Below are positions 1 through 8,548 of a stretch of DNA of 64,000 nt, one piece after another. The notes under the pieces were generated by a model, which saw only the letters and a program-made list of their open reading frames with translations, was not told where the DNA came from and ran no database searches. Source of the stretch: a virus; IMG/VR virus record IMGVR_UViG_3300031963_000094, positions 7,933-71,932 of that record. One strand, 5' to 3'. A program made the translations under genes and the position numbers. Positions within the stretch are counted from its first letter, which is position 1; the number at the start of each line of letters is the position of its first letter.

Positions 1-890
1 ATCTCCATCATTTTGTCAACGGCATTATTTACAAACGTGAAGATGTAATCCGAAGTATCATTGATAAAGTTCGATAATTTTTCAGGGAAGTTTTTTACAA
101 AGTCTACAGTACCATCGATTACTTTTTTGGCTGTGTCTTTGTCAAACAAACCAAATGTAAGTGAGTCAACAACTCCAGCGATACCTGCTTTGATTGTTTC
201 ATACAGACTGCCAGTAGACTGCCACGTATCCCATGCGTCAGTCAAACCATCCCATAAAGTCAAAATGATTAATGCGATCCAACCTATTGGTCCTGCTGCT
301 GCCGCAATGCCTCTAAATGCTACTTTGACAGCCGACTTCTCAGCCATCTTAGCCATTTTCTTTTCGAGTTTACCTTTGAGTTTGTCTACCATTGGTCGTA
401 GATACTTCTCAAAGGCTTCTTCGAAATACTTCAAAGTGTTCTTAGCAAAGTCTTTAACTTTACCTACAAGCTGCTTGGCAAGTTTCTTTATTTTCTCAAA
501 TAATTTTAAAAGTTTTTCTTTTAGTTTTTTTACTTGGTCTTTGGCAAACTTTTTAAATTTCTTGAATAACTTACCTTTTGATGAATCCTCATCATCTTCT
601 GACGGTGTGTTCTTTTTTACAAATTCGTCTTGAAGGACTTTGAATTTTCTTTCACGTTCATCATCTTTCAGAAAGTGCATGTCTGGATTTTCTGATGCTT
701 TACCACCATAAATCTCTACAAGTTTAATAATGTTTTGACGAATGATGTTCAAGTCTCTGGCAATTCGTGAAACTGCCATAAAATTCAAAGATGCTTTTGA
801 AAGTTTTTTGACTGTGGGTGAAGTTCTTTTGGTAGAAGTTTTATTTAAAACTTTCTTGCTTATTGCTAACCCAAGTTTTTCGGATAACAT
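1..890 (-). CDS. Tape-measure/baseplate-hub-like protein, paralog of 892..2580 (runs off the left edge; absent from the ORF track)
   Basis: Hand translation from ATG at 890: MLSEKLGLAISKKVLNK...IARDLNIIRQNIIKLVEIYG...LWDGLTDAWDTWQSTGSLYETIKAGIAGVVDSLTFGLF; open to the window edge; starts 1 nt after the upstream stop; shares motifs with the upstream ORF. Confidence 0.7.
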   Translation of the reverse strand, partial: MLSEKLGLAISKKVLNKTSTKRTSPTVKKLSKASLNFMAVSRIARDLNIIRQNIIKLVEIYGGKASENPDMHFLKDDERERKFKVLQDEFVKKNTPSEDDEDSSKGKLFKKFKKFAKDQVKKLKEKLLKLFEKIKKLAKQLVGKVKDFAKNTLKYFEEAFEKYLRPMVDKLKGKLEKKMAKMAEKSAVKVAFRGIAAAAGPIGWIALIILTLWDGLTDAWDTWQSTGSLYETIKAGIAGVVDSLTFGLFDKDTAKKVIDGTVDFVKNFPEKLSNFINDTSDYIFTFVNNAVDKMME

Positions 891-891
891 A

Positions 892-2580
892 TTATGTTGT
901 TAAATAGTTTTTCATAAAACTTGAATTATATGGATCAGCAACACTTTCTGAAGATGGTGCTTGTTTGCCAGAAGTATTGTTTGTCATTGGCGCATTGACT
1001 ACTGTTCCGGCATCAGCCGCAGCATCCATTCTTTGACCTTCTGCAACCATTGATGAATTAGTTGATAACGCTGAACCAGAGGGTGCTGACATTGCTGGTG
1101 TAGGTATAGGGGGTGAAGGTGCGGCACCATCTGCGCCTGCTGCTCCAATTGAACCTGTTGCGCCTGTGGCACCAGCTACACCAGCAGCACCAGCTACACC
1201 AGCAGCACCAGCTACACCAGCAGCACCATCGGCTCCGGCAGGCACAGGTGATGTGCTTGCGCCTTTTGCCATTTGTAAAATCTTGGTTGGCTCACCACCA
1301 ACAGCAATAACTTTACGACGAACTTCTTCTTCTGTTACTGATTTACCTGATGCTTGATCTGTGTAGCCAGTTGATGAAGATGGGTCAACATTGATACCAA
1401 CTTTAGAACTTAGAAAACCCTTTGCGGCATCTTGACTCTTTTCAGCATTGAGTGGACTGTATGGATCAGGTGTAGGTGATTTGCCTACTGTTTCAGCAAG
1501 TGCTTGTTGTGACGCTTTTTGCTTTTCTTGTTTTTCTTTTTCTTTTGGCTTGTCTTCTAATCTATCTTTTGCTGCTTTGTCATAGAATACACCTTCACCA
1601 GAATCAAGTTTACCACTCATTTCTTTCAGTGATGTTGTAGCAGATGATGTGTATGTTTCGGGTGCAGCACTACTCGTATCTTTTTTGAATGGATAATAGG
1701 GTTTAGTGTCTTGTAATACACTACCCTTGAATGAGCCAACACCGAGAATGGAAAAATCATATGCTGTCAATTTGCTAAACGGTATTGCTGGTATCCCAAC
1801 ATTATTTTTAATGAATGTGACAACTTTATCAAAAAGTTCGGTGACACCAAGCAACAGCGGCATCATCATTTTCAATGCTGAGTCCATACCTTGACGAAGT
1901 TCTTTTTCACCGAACAATCCAAATGTAATAAACTTCAGGAATCCACCAAGCGCAGCAACAAGTGTATCTACAATGCTGCCACTTTCTTTCCAAACTTTGA
2001 TGCCATCAAGAATACCGTTAATTAGACCACCAATCAACATCGCAGGTATGAATATCTTGCTTAGTATCGCAAGTATTGAACCGCCACTAAACAATGAAGC
2101 AAATCCACCAACAATGCCAGTAATCAATCCACCAATTAACTTTACTGGATTGAGCATACTCAACAAACTACCAATACCACCTTCTTCTTTTGGTGCTGCT
2201 TCTCTACCACCTCTTTCCGCTGCTGGTGTTGCTGCTTTGCTTTTTGCTCTGGTTGCTTCTAGTTCTGCTTCACGTTGATCTTCAGTTTTAAAAAACTTAT
2301 CTGCTTTAGTCGCAGCAGTTTCACCTTTGATCTTTACAAGTTTGGCCATATTCTGGCGAAGCACATTGACATCTCTTGCTATGCCAGGAAAAGCAAGAGA
2401 TTGTTTAGCAATTAAATCAAGAAAAGGAAGCACATTGGAACCAACTGTTGGCTCTTCTGCTTTTTGTTCAACACCTTCTTTGGTAGGTGATGTTTCTTTT
2501 TTCTTTTCTTTCTTCTTTTCTTTTTTACCAAAAATAGAAGATAAAAGACCTTTTTTTGTTTCTTCTTTCTTTTTTGCCAT
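892..2580 (-). CDS. Putative tape-measure / baseplate hub protein (gp29-like position)
   Basis: 562 aa; charged helical N-terminus, Gly/hydrophobic helical middle, low-complexity Ala/Pro/Ser C-terminus with NTVVNAP-like tail; follows gp26/gp51-like genes. Confidence 0.55.
   Translation of the reverse strand: MAKKKEETKKGLLSSIFGKKEKKKEKKKETSPTKEGVEQKAEEPTVGSNVLPFLDLIAKQSLAFPGIARDVNVLRQNMAKLVKIKGETAATKADKFFKTEDQREAELEATRAKSKAATPAAERGGREAAPKEEGGIGSLLSMLNPVKLIGGLITGIVGGFASLFSGGSILAILSKIFIPAMLIGGLINGILDGIKVWKESGSIVDTLVAALGGFLKFITFGLFGEKELRQGMDSALKMMMPLLLGVTELFDKVVTFIKNNVGIPAIPFSKLTAYDFSILGVGSFKGSVLQDTKPYYPFKKDTSSAAPETYTSSATTSLKEMSGKLDSGEGVFYDKAAKDRLEDKPKEKEKQEKQKASQQALAETVGKSPTPDPYSPLNAEKSQDAAKGFLSSKVGINVDPSSSTGYTDQASGKSVTEEEVRRKVIAVGGEPTKILQMAKGASTSPVPAGADGAAGVAGAAGVAGAAGVAGATGATGSIGAAGADGAAPSPPIPTPAMSAPSGSALSTNSSMVAEGQRMDAAADAGTVVNAPMTNNTSGKQAPSSESVADPYNSSFMKNYLTT
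1170..1223. repeat. Three exact tandem copies of an 18-bp unit (caccagctacaccagcag), encoding (GAAGVA)x3 on the minus strand
   Basis: Directly visible at 1170-1187, 1188-1205, 1206-1223. Confidence 0.95.
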
Positions 2581-2775
2581 TTATCGTCTTGCCTGTTTTT
2601 GTGCGTTAATACGTTCTTTTTCTTCTTCCAAATACTGCATCAAAAGACCCAAATAAATGGTTCTTTCCCAAGGTAACATTTCTTCAAGTTCAGTCAAACT
2701 ATACTTGTGATGCTGGATCAATGCAAAGTTTGTCTGATAATAATTACTCAGTGTGTCATAACGAAAGATTAGGCG
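2581..2775 (-). CDS. gp51: gp51-like baseplate hub assembly / tail chaperone extension ORF; no ATG before its conserved-looking core, probably reached by -1 frameshift from gp26-like
   Basis: Hand translation RLIFRYDTLSNYYQTNFALIQHHKYSLTELEEMLPWERTIYLGLLMQYLEEEKERINAQKQARR*; matches the YY..NFAL.Q.HKYSL.E.E.M.PWER..Y motif of T4-like gp51; frame open 2793-2581; first TTG at 2721, first ATG at 2679. Confidence 0.75.
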   Translation of the reverse strand, partial: RLIFRYDTLSNYYQTNFALIQHHKYSLTELEEMLPWERTIYLGLLMQYLEEEKERINAQKQARR

Positions 2776-3500
2776 AAAAAATTTTGAAGCCCTTTAATCT
2801 CAATGTCTTCTTCGTATCCACATTTACCACATTTGAAGTGGACATCTTTCTTCAGTTCTGGCATCGTGTCAAAAAACAATTTAATCTTTTCTAAATCTTT
2901 TTGTGACATTGAGTCAACAAATTCAACCAACTCTTCGTGTGAAGAATCTTTGGCATAATACACTTGTTCTTTATCATACAGATATTCAATACAATCAATT
3001 AACACATTTACCAAAATATCGTTTTCATTCATGCTTTCATATTTCTGGATCATCTCAAAAGTAGGATACTTCAGACAAATTCCAATTTGGTCATTCAACA
3101 TAAATTTGTTGTTGTGATTCGCATGAACTGTTGGCTCAACTTCTAATAGATTCAGTTTAAAATCTACTGAGCCACTACATGTAGCATCTTCACCTTTATC
3201 GTTTTTAATAACGTTATTACACTTATACTTTAAGTCAACAACTTCTTCTACCGATCTAGCACGGAGGTGCATGAACAAATATTCAAGATCAAACGTTGGT
3301 AAAGAATCAATATCAATGTCATCTAGCACACAATTCTTTAGAACTCTACGAATCGTTCCAATCACATCTTTGGAATCTTCTGATTCTGCTGCCATCAAAA
3401 ACAATTTTTGTTCTTTGACAAGAAATGGTCTAATTCGAACACTCTGTCCATTTGAAATCAATTTAATGGTATAAATTGGTACGTCAAGTTTTGGTAACAT
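2769..3500 (-). CDS. gp26: Baseplate hub assembly protein / tail chaperone, gp26-like
   Basis: MLPKLDVPIY...RPFLVKEQKLFLMA...FDLEYLFMHLRARSVEE; Cys-containing segments (KC.N...C, CGKC); ends IKGLQNFFA, typical of T4-like gp26. Confidence 0.85.
   Translation of the reverse strand: MLPKLDVPIYTIKLISNGQSVRIRPFLVKEQKLFLMAAESEDSKDVIGTIRRVLKNCVLDDIDIDSLPTFDLEYLFMHLRARSVEEVVDLKYKCNNVIKNDKGEDATCSGSVDFKLNLLEVEPTVHANHNNKFMLNDQIGICLKYPTFEMIQKYESMNENDILVNVLIDCIEYLYDKEQVYYAKDSSHEELVEFVDSMSQKDLEKIKLFFDTMPELKKDVHFKCGKCGYEEDIEIKGLQNFFA
2775..2784 (-). other. Putative -1 programmed frameshift site (overlapping slippery heptamers A AAT TTT and T TTT TTC)
   Basis: Minus strand reads CAA AAT TTT TTC GCC TAA at the end of gp26-like; both heptamers fit X XXY YYZ in the gp26 frame, and the -1 frame is the gp51-like ORF. 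Confidence 0.65.
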
Positions 3501-3513
3501 AATTTCCTCTCAA

Positions 3514-4242
3514 TTAGAATGAAAAAATTCTGGACGCCGCTGTTCCTCCAAGTGTGCTGAGTGTTTGACCGATATCATATTGACCTTCAAATATCGTGCG
3601 ATATTTTTGATAAGAAAACGAAACTGATAAACGATGAAAACCTTCTTCAGCCCAACTCAAAGGTTGCGGTGCTATTCCAATTGGAAAAGCATCCATTAAT
3701 TCTACGGCATAAATTTGACGAACAAAATCGTCATATTGAATAATACGAATATTTGTCAAGTATCTTGTGGCATTACTTTTTGGAAATCTTGGATTGTTTG
3801 TATCTGGTGGTATAATTGAATCCATCCAACGTTCAAACAATTTTCTTTCATAGAATTCGTTTGTACACAGAAAAGTTAAGTTCGTATCTGTGTACTGCAT
3901 ACGATATGGAACCTTGAATGATGGTCCATAGATTCGAGCATCGGCTGTTTCGAGTGTTCTTCCTGGCAGTTCTGCTGATTCACATTGTAGTGCCAGATAT
4001 CTTGACACAGAGGGATTAGATGAACGGGTACCTTCATTCTGAAATCCTAAAGCAGAATTGATAGCGTCGGATACATCAGTGAAAATTGAGTTTGGAAAGT
4101 TTAATACTTTTTCCAAAAATGAATTGCCAATTGACTGCCCAATATATGCGGGTATTGGTATGATAACTTCATATCGACAAGGACGAGCAAGTCCGTCTTT
4201 GCCTTTAATATTTGATAAAAACAGATTAGGTGAAAAAGCCAT
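3514..4242 (-). CDS. Baseplate tail-tube initiator (gp54 / gp19-like tube paralog)
   Basis: GLARPCRYEV, CESAELPGRTL, FERWMD, DAFPIGI...LSW, LSVSFSYQKY motifs of the T4 gp19/gp54 tube family. Confidence 0.75.
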   Translation of the reverse strand: MAFSPNLFLSNIKGKDGLARPCRYEVIIPIPAYIGQSIGNSFLEKVLNFPNSIFTDVSDAINSALGFQNEGTRSSNPSVSRYLALQCESAELPGRTLETADARIYGPSFKVPYRMQYTDTNLTFLCTNEFYERKLFERWMDSIIPPDTNNPRFPKSNATRYLTNIRIIQYDDFVRQIYAVELMDAFPIGIAPQPLSWAEEGFHRLSVSFSYQKYRTIFEGQYDIGQTLSTLGGTAASRIFSF

Positions 4243-4823
4243 TAAAATTTGTCCTCTGAATCTGACCAGACTTTGCTAGCCGTTGCTTTTGCAAAAGATT
4301 CCACAGGCAATAGAGCAGCGATGTCCCATTCATCGGCAGTTATTTCCAAAAATCTAGATTGAACATGTCCAGACAAGTATCGTTTGATACACGGTGATGC
4401 TTCATAGATTTTTGATGCTCTTTTCAAAAAGTCGTAACTAATTCTAAATCTTGTGGTTTCATCATAATCACGATTATTCAAAATTGTACTTAATTTGTCG
4501 AGAAGAATGATTCGTCGCTTTGGGTGAATGTAATGTAGATTCAACCCTAGAAAGCCGTCTGGATATCGTTCTATTGGAATAACCAATGGGAACCTGTCGT
4601 AATATGGCAACGAATCTTTCGTCTTTGGATCATAATAATAAAAGTACATACGACCGATAATAGACTGGTTTTTTAATCGTTCACGATCACGCATCAACTC
4701 ACCTTTGGTGGGTCTGAGTGAAGGAACTTTGGACCTTAGCCACGAACGAGCCTCACGGGATCGTGGTGCGTATCCTGACTTAGCAAGGGATTCCTTAATT
4801 CTATCAATGAGTCGTTTCGCCAT
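4242..4823 (-). CDS. gp2: DNA end protector protein
   Basis: GRMYFYYYDPKTKDSLPYYDRFPLV...GFLGLNLHY...CIKRYL...W..A..LP is the T4 gp2 signature. Confidence 0.92.
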   Translation of the reverse strand: MAKRLIDRIKESLAKSGYAPRSREARSWLRSKVPSLRPTKGELMRDRERLKNQSIIGRMYFYYYDPKTKDSLPYYDRFPLVIPIERYPDGFLGLNLHYIHPKRRIILLDKLSTILNNRDYDETTRFRISYDFLKRASKIYEASPCIKRYLSGHVQSRFLEITADEWDIAALLPVESFAKATASKVWSDSEDKF

Positions 4824-4827
4824 GTTG

Positions 4828-4835
4828 TATTTATC
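4828..4835 (-). promoter_or_regulatory. T4-type late promoter (GATAAATA), 4 nt before the gp2 ATG
   Basis: Minus strand GATAAATAcaacATG; close to T4 late consensus TATAAATA. Confidence 0.6.
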
Positions 4836-5265
4836 TGATACCCAAGTGCTTTTCAGTCAAAATTTGAAACTGCCAGCCGTGATCTTTACAGAACTCTTCG
4901 GCAGCATACCACTTGGCTTTGTTGATTTCGTAAGTGATTGCTTCTTGTAGATATGTTCGTGTCTTGCGTTTTTGTGTTGGTGGTTGAGTCTGTTTCTCTG
5001 GCTTGACTTCTATAACGTAAGTCATTACTGTGCCGTCTGCTTTACGCATCTTGGCAATGAAGTCTGGAAAGTACCGATGCTTCTTTTTGTCAACTGGGCT
5101 GTAATAAGGTATAGGAAGTTCTTCCGAACCCCACCAAATGACGTTCGGATTTTCATCTAAATAATTCATTACCTTTATTTCCCACGTGGACCTGTAGATG
5201 ATATTGTTCGCATCACCTTTGTATTTCTGTGGGTTTTTCGGTTTAAATCTTCCTTTATTTGACAT
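4831..5265 (-). CDS. gp4: Head completion protein / nuclease (TnsA-like fold)
   Basis: GRFKPKNPQKYKGD..NIIYRSTWE...W.SEE..IPY..P.D...HRYFPDF...IEVKP..QT...N.AKW.AA. Confidence 0.93.
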   Translation of the reverse strand: MSNKGRFKPKNPQKYKGDANNIIYRSTWEIKVMNYLDENPNVIWWGSEELPIPYYSPVDKKKHRYFPDFIAKMRKADGTVMTYVIEVKPEKQTQPPTQKRKTRTYLQEAITYEINKAKWYAAEEFCKDHGWQFQILTEKHLGIR

Positions 5266-5270
5266 AAATA
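5263..5270 (+). promoter_or_regulatory. Late promoter CATAAATA for the gp48 baseplate operon
   Basis: Match to the TAAATA core at the head of the + strand operon; overlaps the gp4 start codon on the other strand. Confidence 0.65.
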
Positions 5271-5271
5271 C

Positions 5272-5279
5272 TATCTAGT
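5272..5279 (-). promoter_or_regulatory. Possible variant late promoter ACTAGATA, 6 nt before the gp4 ATG
   Basis: Minus strand GACTAGATAGTATTTATG; one mismatch from ACTAAATA used elsewhere in the window. Confidence 0.4.
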
Positions 5280-5299
5280 CAATCAAAACAGGAACCCTC

Positions 5300-6529
5300 A
5301 TGGCATTTTTCGGTCTGTCAGATATCACCATAGCAAAAGAAGATAATAGAAGAGGACCGCTGGCACCTCTTTTTCAGGGCACCACATCAAATACATTCAG
5401 ATATCCTTTAGACATTGGTAATTATGACAAAGCGCATTACATGGTTGTCAATGTGTTTAAACAAAACAACTCACAATATCAAGGTGTCCAGCAAAGTGGT
5501 GTCAATAGAATTGGTTCAATAAAACAAGAAGTATCCGGAACACAAAGCCCATCTTTCGCATCAAAAATTAATAGTGCCATCGATAATGCTGTAAATAATT
5601 TTACAAGCGGTAAAAGTTTGTTTGGTAAAAACATCGCAACTAATTTTGGCGGACCGATCAAGCAAAGTGCTGCTGTAGATATTGATCAGAACTCATACAT
5701 CAGCAACGTACAGAGTATTGAAAATGATTCTCTGATAAAAACAACTACAAAGACTGACGAGACAATTGTTCTCTACATGCCCGATACACTTCAATATACT
5801 TTCGGACAATCATATGCTGAAGCGGCTTTAGGTGAAGAGTTGGGTGGTAAAATAGCAGTAGCAGGTAAGTCTGTATTAGAAGACTTAAAGAATGGTTTAG
5901 ATCCTAAAGCGGCTGCTGAAAAGGGTCTAAAGGGACCAGCGGCAACTGCTGCTATTCAAAAGGGAATTGAAGCTAGTGGAGCAGTTATTGGACAAGGCTC
6001 GGCTAGGGCTGCCGCATTTTTGGCTCTGGGTGGTGTGAATAATCCAATGCTTGAACTGCTTTATTCATCACCGTCTTTTAGACAATTTACCTTCGAATTC
6101 ATGTTTTATCCCCGTGATGAAAAAGAAGCACTAGAAGTTCAAAACATTTTAGAGCGTTTAAGATTTCATCAAGCACCAGAGATAGATGGTGGTTCGGGTG
6201 GCCTTCTTTTGATACCACCTTCAGAGTTTGAACTTTCTTTTTACTACGGCGGTCGTCCGAATCCAAACTTACCTGGCATAGGTCGATGTGTTCTTACAAA
6301 CATGTCAGTAAATTATGCGCCAAATGGTTGGACAGCATATGAAATGTTTGGCGAAAATGATCCACGTTTGGGTCGTACTGGTATGCCTACAGCTATTCAA
6401 TTAACACTTGATTTTAAAGAAACCGTTATTCTTACAAAGAAAAGCATGGTTCGTGGTGATGGAGGATATAAATCAACACAGTCTGTTGGCACCAAAGTAC
6501 AAGACATTTATAATACTCTCAAAAGATAA
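5300..6529 (+). CDS. gp48: Baseplate tail-tube cap
   Basis: RYPLD N-terminus, LYMPD, NP.LELLY.SPSFRQFTFEF.FYPR...E...V..I...RFHQAP, P.EF, CVLTNMSVNY.P, L.F.ET. Confidence 0.9.
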   Translation: MAFFGLSDITIAKEDNRRGPLAPLFQGTTSNTFRYPLDIGNYDKAHYMVVNVFKQNNSQYQGVQQSGVNRIGSIKQEVSGTQSPSFASKINSAIDNAVNNFTSGKSLFGKNIATNFGGPIKQSAAVDIDQNSYISNVQSIENDSLIKTTTKTDETIVLYMPDTLQYTFGQSYAEAALGEELGGKIAVAGKSVLEDLKNGLDPKAAAEKGLKGPAATAAIQKGIEASGAVIGQGSARAAAFLALGGVNNPMLELLYSSPSFRQFTFEFMFYPRDEKEALEVQNILERLRFHQAPEIDGGSGGLLLIPPSEFELSFYYGGRPNPNLPGIGRCVLTNMSVNYAPNGWTAYEMFGENDPRLGRTGMPTAIQLTLDFKETVILTKKSMVRGDGGYKSTQSVGTKVQDIYNTLKR

Positions 6530-6532
6530 TTT

Positions 6533-7195
6533 ATGGCCAAGTATTTTAATTTTTTTCCAAAAACGCTTTATTCTTTATCCGATAAGTCAACGGCTGCTGA
6601 TTTTGTAACAAACATTATTGCTCGTTTTGGATTTGAACAAAGTCTAAAAGAAAACTCTAGTATTTTTTATCCATATGACATTCAAGATGGCGATACGCCA
6701 GAAACAATTGCTAACAAGTATTATGGTTCACCCGAAAGACATTGGGTAGTTTTACTATTCAATGATATCATCGATCCTCAATACGATTGGCCTCTTGATC
6801 AAAGAACAATTATAAAATATGTTAATGTCAAATACACAGCCAATGGTGCGGCAAATACAACACCACAAACCGGATTAGCTTGGTCACAATCAAACACAAA
6901 ATCTTATTATAAAGTTATTACAAGAGTTACAAATAATTCTTTAAAAGATACAATCAAAGAAAAGTTAGAAGTAGATGCCAATACGTATGCGAATGTTGCT
7001 ATTGTAACTTCCACATATACATTACAAAATAATACAACCGTAACACAAACAGTGACGAAAGAAACGGAAACATATTATGATTATGAAGTAAATTTAAATG
7101 AATCAAAAAGAAAAATTAAGTTGCTCAGAGCAGATATTGTGTCGCAGTCCGGTTTGCTTGATGAATTCAAACGAGTGGTGAATTCTAAAGATTAA
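6533..7195 (+). CDS. gp53: Baseplate wedge protein with LysM-like segment
   Basis: YF..FP, YDIQDGDTPETIANKYYG...HWVVLLFNDIIDPQYDWPL, YDYE..LNE.KR.IKLL. Confidence 0.9.
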   Translation: MAKYFNFFPKTLYSLSDKSTAADFVTNIIARFGFEQSLKENSSIFYPYDIQDGDTPETIANKYYGSPERHWVVLLFNDIIDPQYDWPLDQRTIIKYVNVKYTANGAANTTPQTGLAWSQSNTKSYYKVITRVTNNSLKDTIKEKLEVDANTYANVAIVTSTYTLQNNTTVTQTVTKETETYYDYEVNLNESKRKIKLLRADIVSQSGLLDEFKRVVNSKD

Positions 7196-7198
7196 AAA

Positions 7199-8548
7199 AT
7201 GGAAACAGTTAATTTACCGGAAACGCCATCAAAATTTAGTATCAACGAACTTGCTATTGTAACTAAAGCAGGTAAGTTGGACATATCTAAACTGTTTCAG
7301 GAAATAAACATATTTGACTCTCTTTTATCTCCGGTCATGTCGGGTGCTGTAGTCATTATTGATTCTATTGGATTATCGTCTAAACTTTTGTTTGATGGGT
7401 CGGAAGTTCTTCTTGTAAACATTGGTAAGGATACAGACTCATCGTCTTTTCGTTTAAAAAAAGCATTTAGAATATATCGTCAAAGTAACAGAGCCACACT
7501 ACAACAAAATGCCGAAACATACACTTTAGAATTTGTTTCTGATGAGTTTATTTTTTCTGAACAACAAAAAATAAATCAATCATACAAAACAACTTACAGT
7601 GATGTGGTCAATAAAATACTGGTCAATTATTTAAAAGTACCAGAACAAAAATTAAGAGGCGTGTTCCAAGACACGACTGGTATTCGTGATTTAGTTATAC
7701 CTAATTTGAAACCTCTTGATGCTTTAGAATGGTGTGCTAAACGTGCTGTTGATCAAAGAAGATCACCCAACTATGTTTTCTTTGAAAACAATTTGGGGTT
7801 TAACTTTGCTTCACTGTCTTATCTTCTTTCGTCTGATTATCTGTTCAAGATTAAATTTCCAGCAAAAAATTTAGAAGAAACAAAACCAAATCAAGATTTG
7901 TTAAGCCCACGACATTTTGAAGTTGTTAATCAGTCTGATAAAATAAAAACCACTAGAGAGGGTGTGGCTGCTGGAACATTTATTGGATTTGATCCTATTA
8001 CAAGAACAGTACAAAATAAACGTATTGGGTTTGAAGATCATTACAACGCTATGGATCACGGCAACGATACTGCCAACTTTTCTCAATCAAAGAATCGAGG
8101 TGGTGAAACAGCAACTCAAGCGTTCGACTCAAAAAAGGTAGTGAATATTTTTGGCGCTAACATAAAAAATAGTGAGTACATTAAAAAGTATGATCCCACA
8201 TCAATCTCAAAAGTTGAAAACCCAGAAGATTTTATATTTGCTCGAAAAGCCATTTTTAGCAATCTAATGAACAAAAGAATTAAACTTGTGATGCCTGGTA
8301 ATTTTCAATTGACTTCGGGCTTCAATTTGAATGTTCGTGTACCAGATTTTTCAAAAAAAGAAAGTGGCTCCGAAAACGAAGATCGTTCGTTAAGTGGGAA
8401 ATATTTGATTATTGCTACAAGACATATTATTAAGTATGATATGCATGAAACAGTTTTAGAACTTGCAACAACATCGAATGAAACTGACTTTATACCACAA
8501 AGTGTGCCAGAACAAAATCAAGCGATAGAGACTTATGGAAGCTACTGA
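7199..8548 (+). CDS. Baseplate hub protein (gp27 / phage late control D-like)
   Basis: 449 aa between gp53 and gp5; EINIFDSL..P..SG, YVFFEN..GFNF.SL, PGN..L..G, LSGKYLI...RH motifs. Confidence 0.75.
   Translation: METVNLPETPSKFSINELAIVTKAGKLDISKLFQEINIFDSLLSPVMSGAVVIIDSIGLSSKLLFDGSEVLLVNIGKDTDSSSFRLKKAFRIYRQSNRATLQQNAETYTLEFVSDEFIFSEQQKINQSYKTTYSDVVNKILVNYLKVPEQKLRGVFQDTTGIRDLVIPNLKPLDALEWCAKRAVDQRRSPNYVFFENNLGFNFASLSYLLSSDYLFKIKFPAKNLEETKPNQDLLSPRHFEVVNQSDKIKTTREGVAAGTFIGFDPITRTVQNKRIGFEDHYNAMDHGNDTANFSQSKNRGGETATQAFDSKKVVNIFGANIKNSEYIKKYDPTSISKVENPEDFIFARKAIFSNLMNKRIKLVMPGNFQLTSGFNLNVRVPDFSKKESGSENEDRSLSGKYLIIATRHIIKYDMHETVLELATTSNETDFIPQSVPEQNQAIETYGSY

Noticed and set aside
61-633. 190-aa + strand ORF and the many other short antisense/overlapping ORFs in the track
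   Set aside because: They are shadows of real genes on the opposite strand or in another frame; the real gene here is the minus-strand ORF starting at 890
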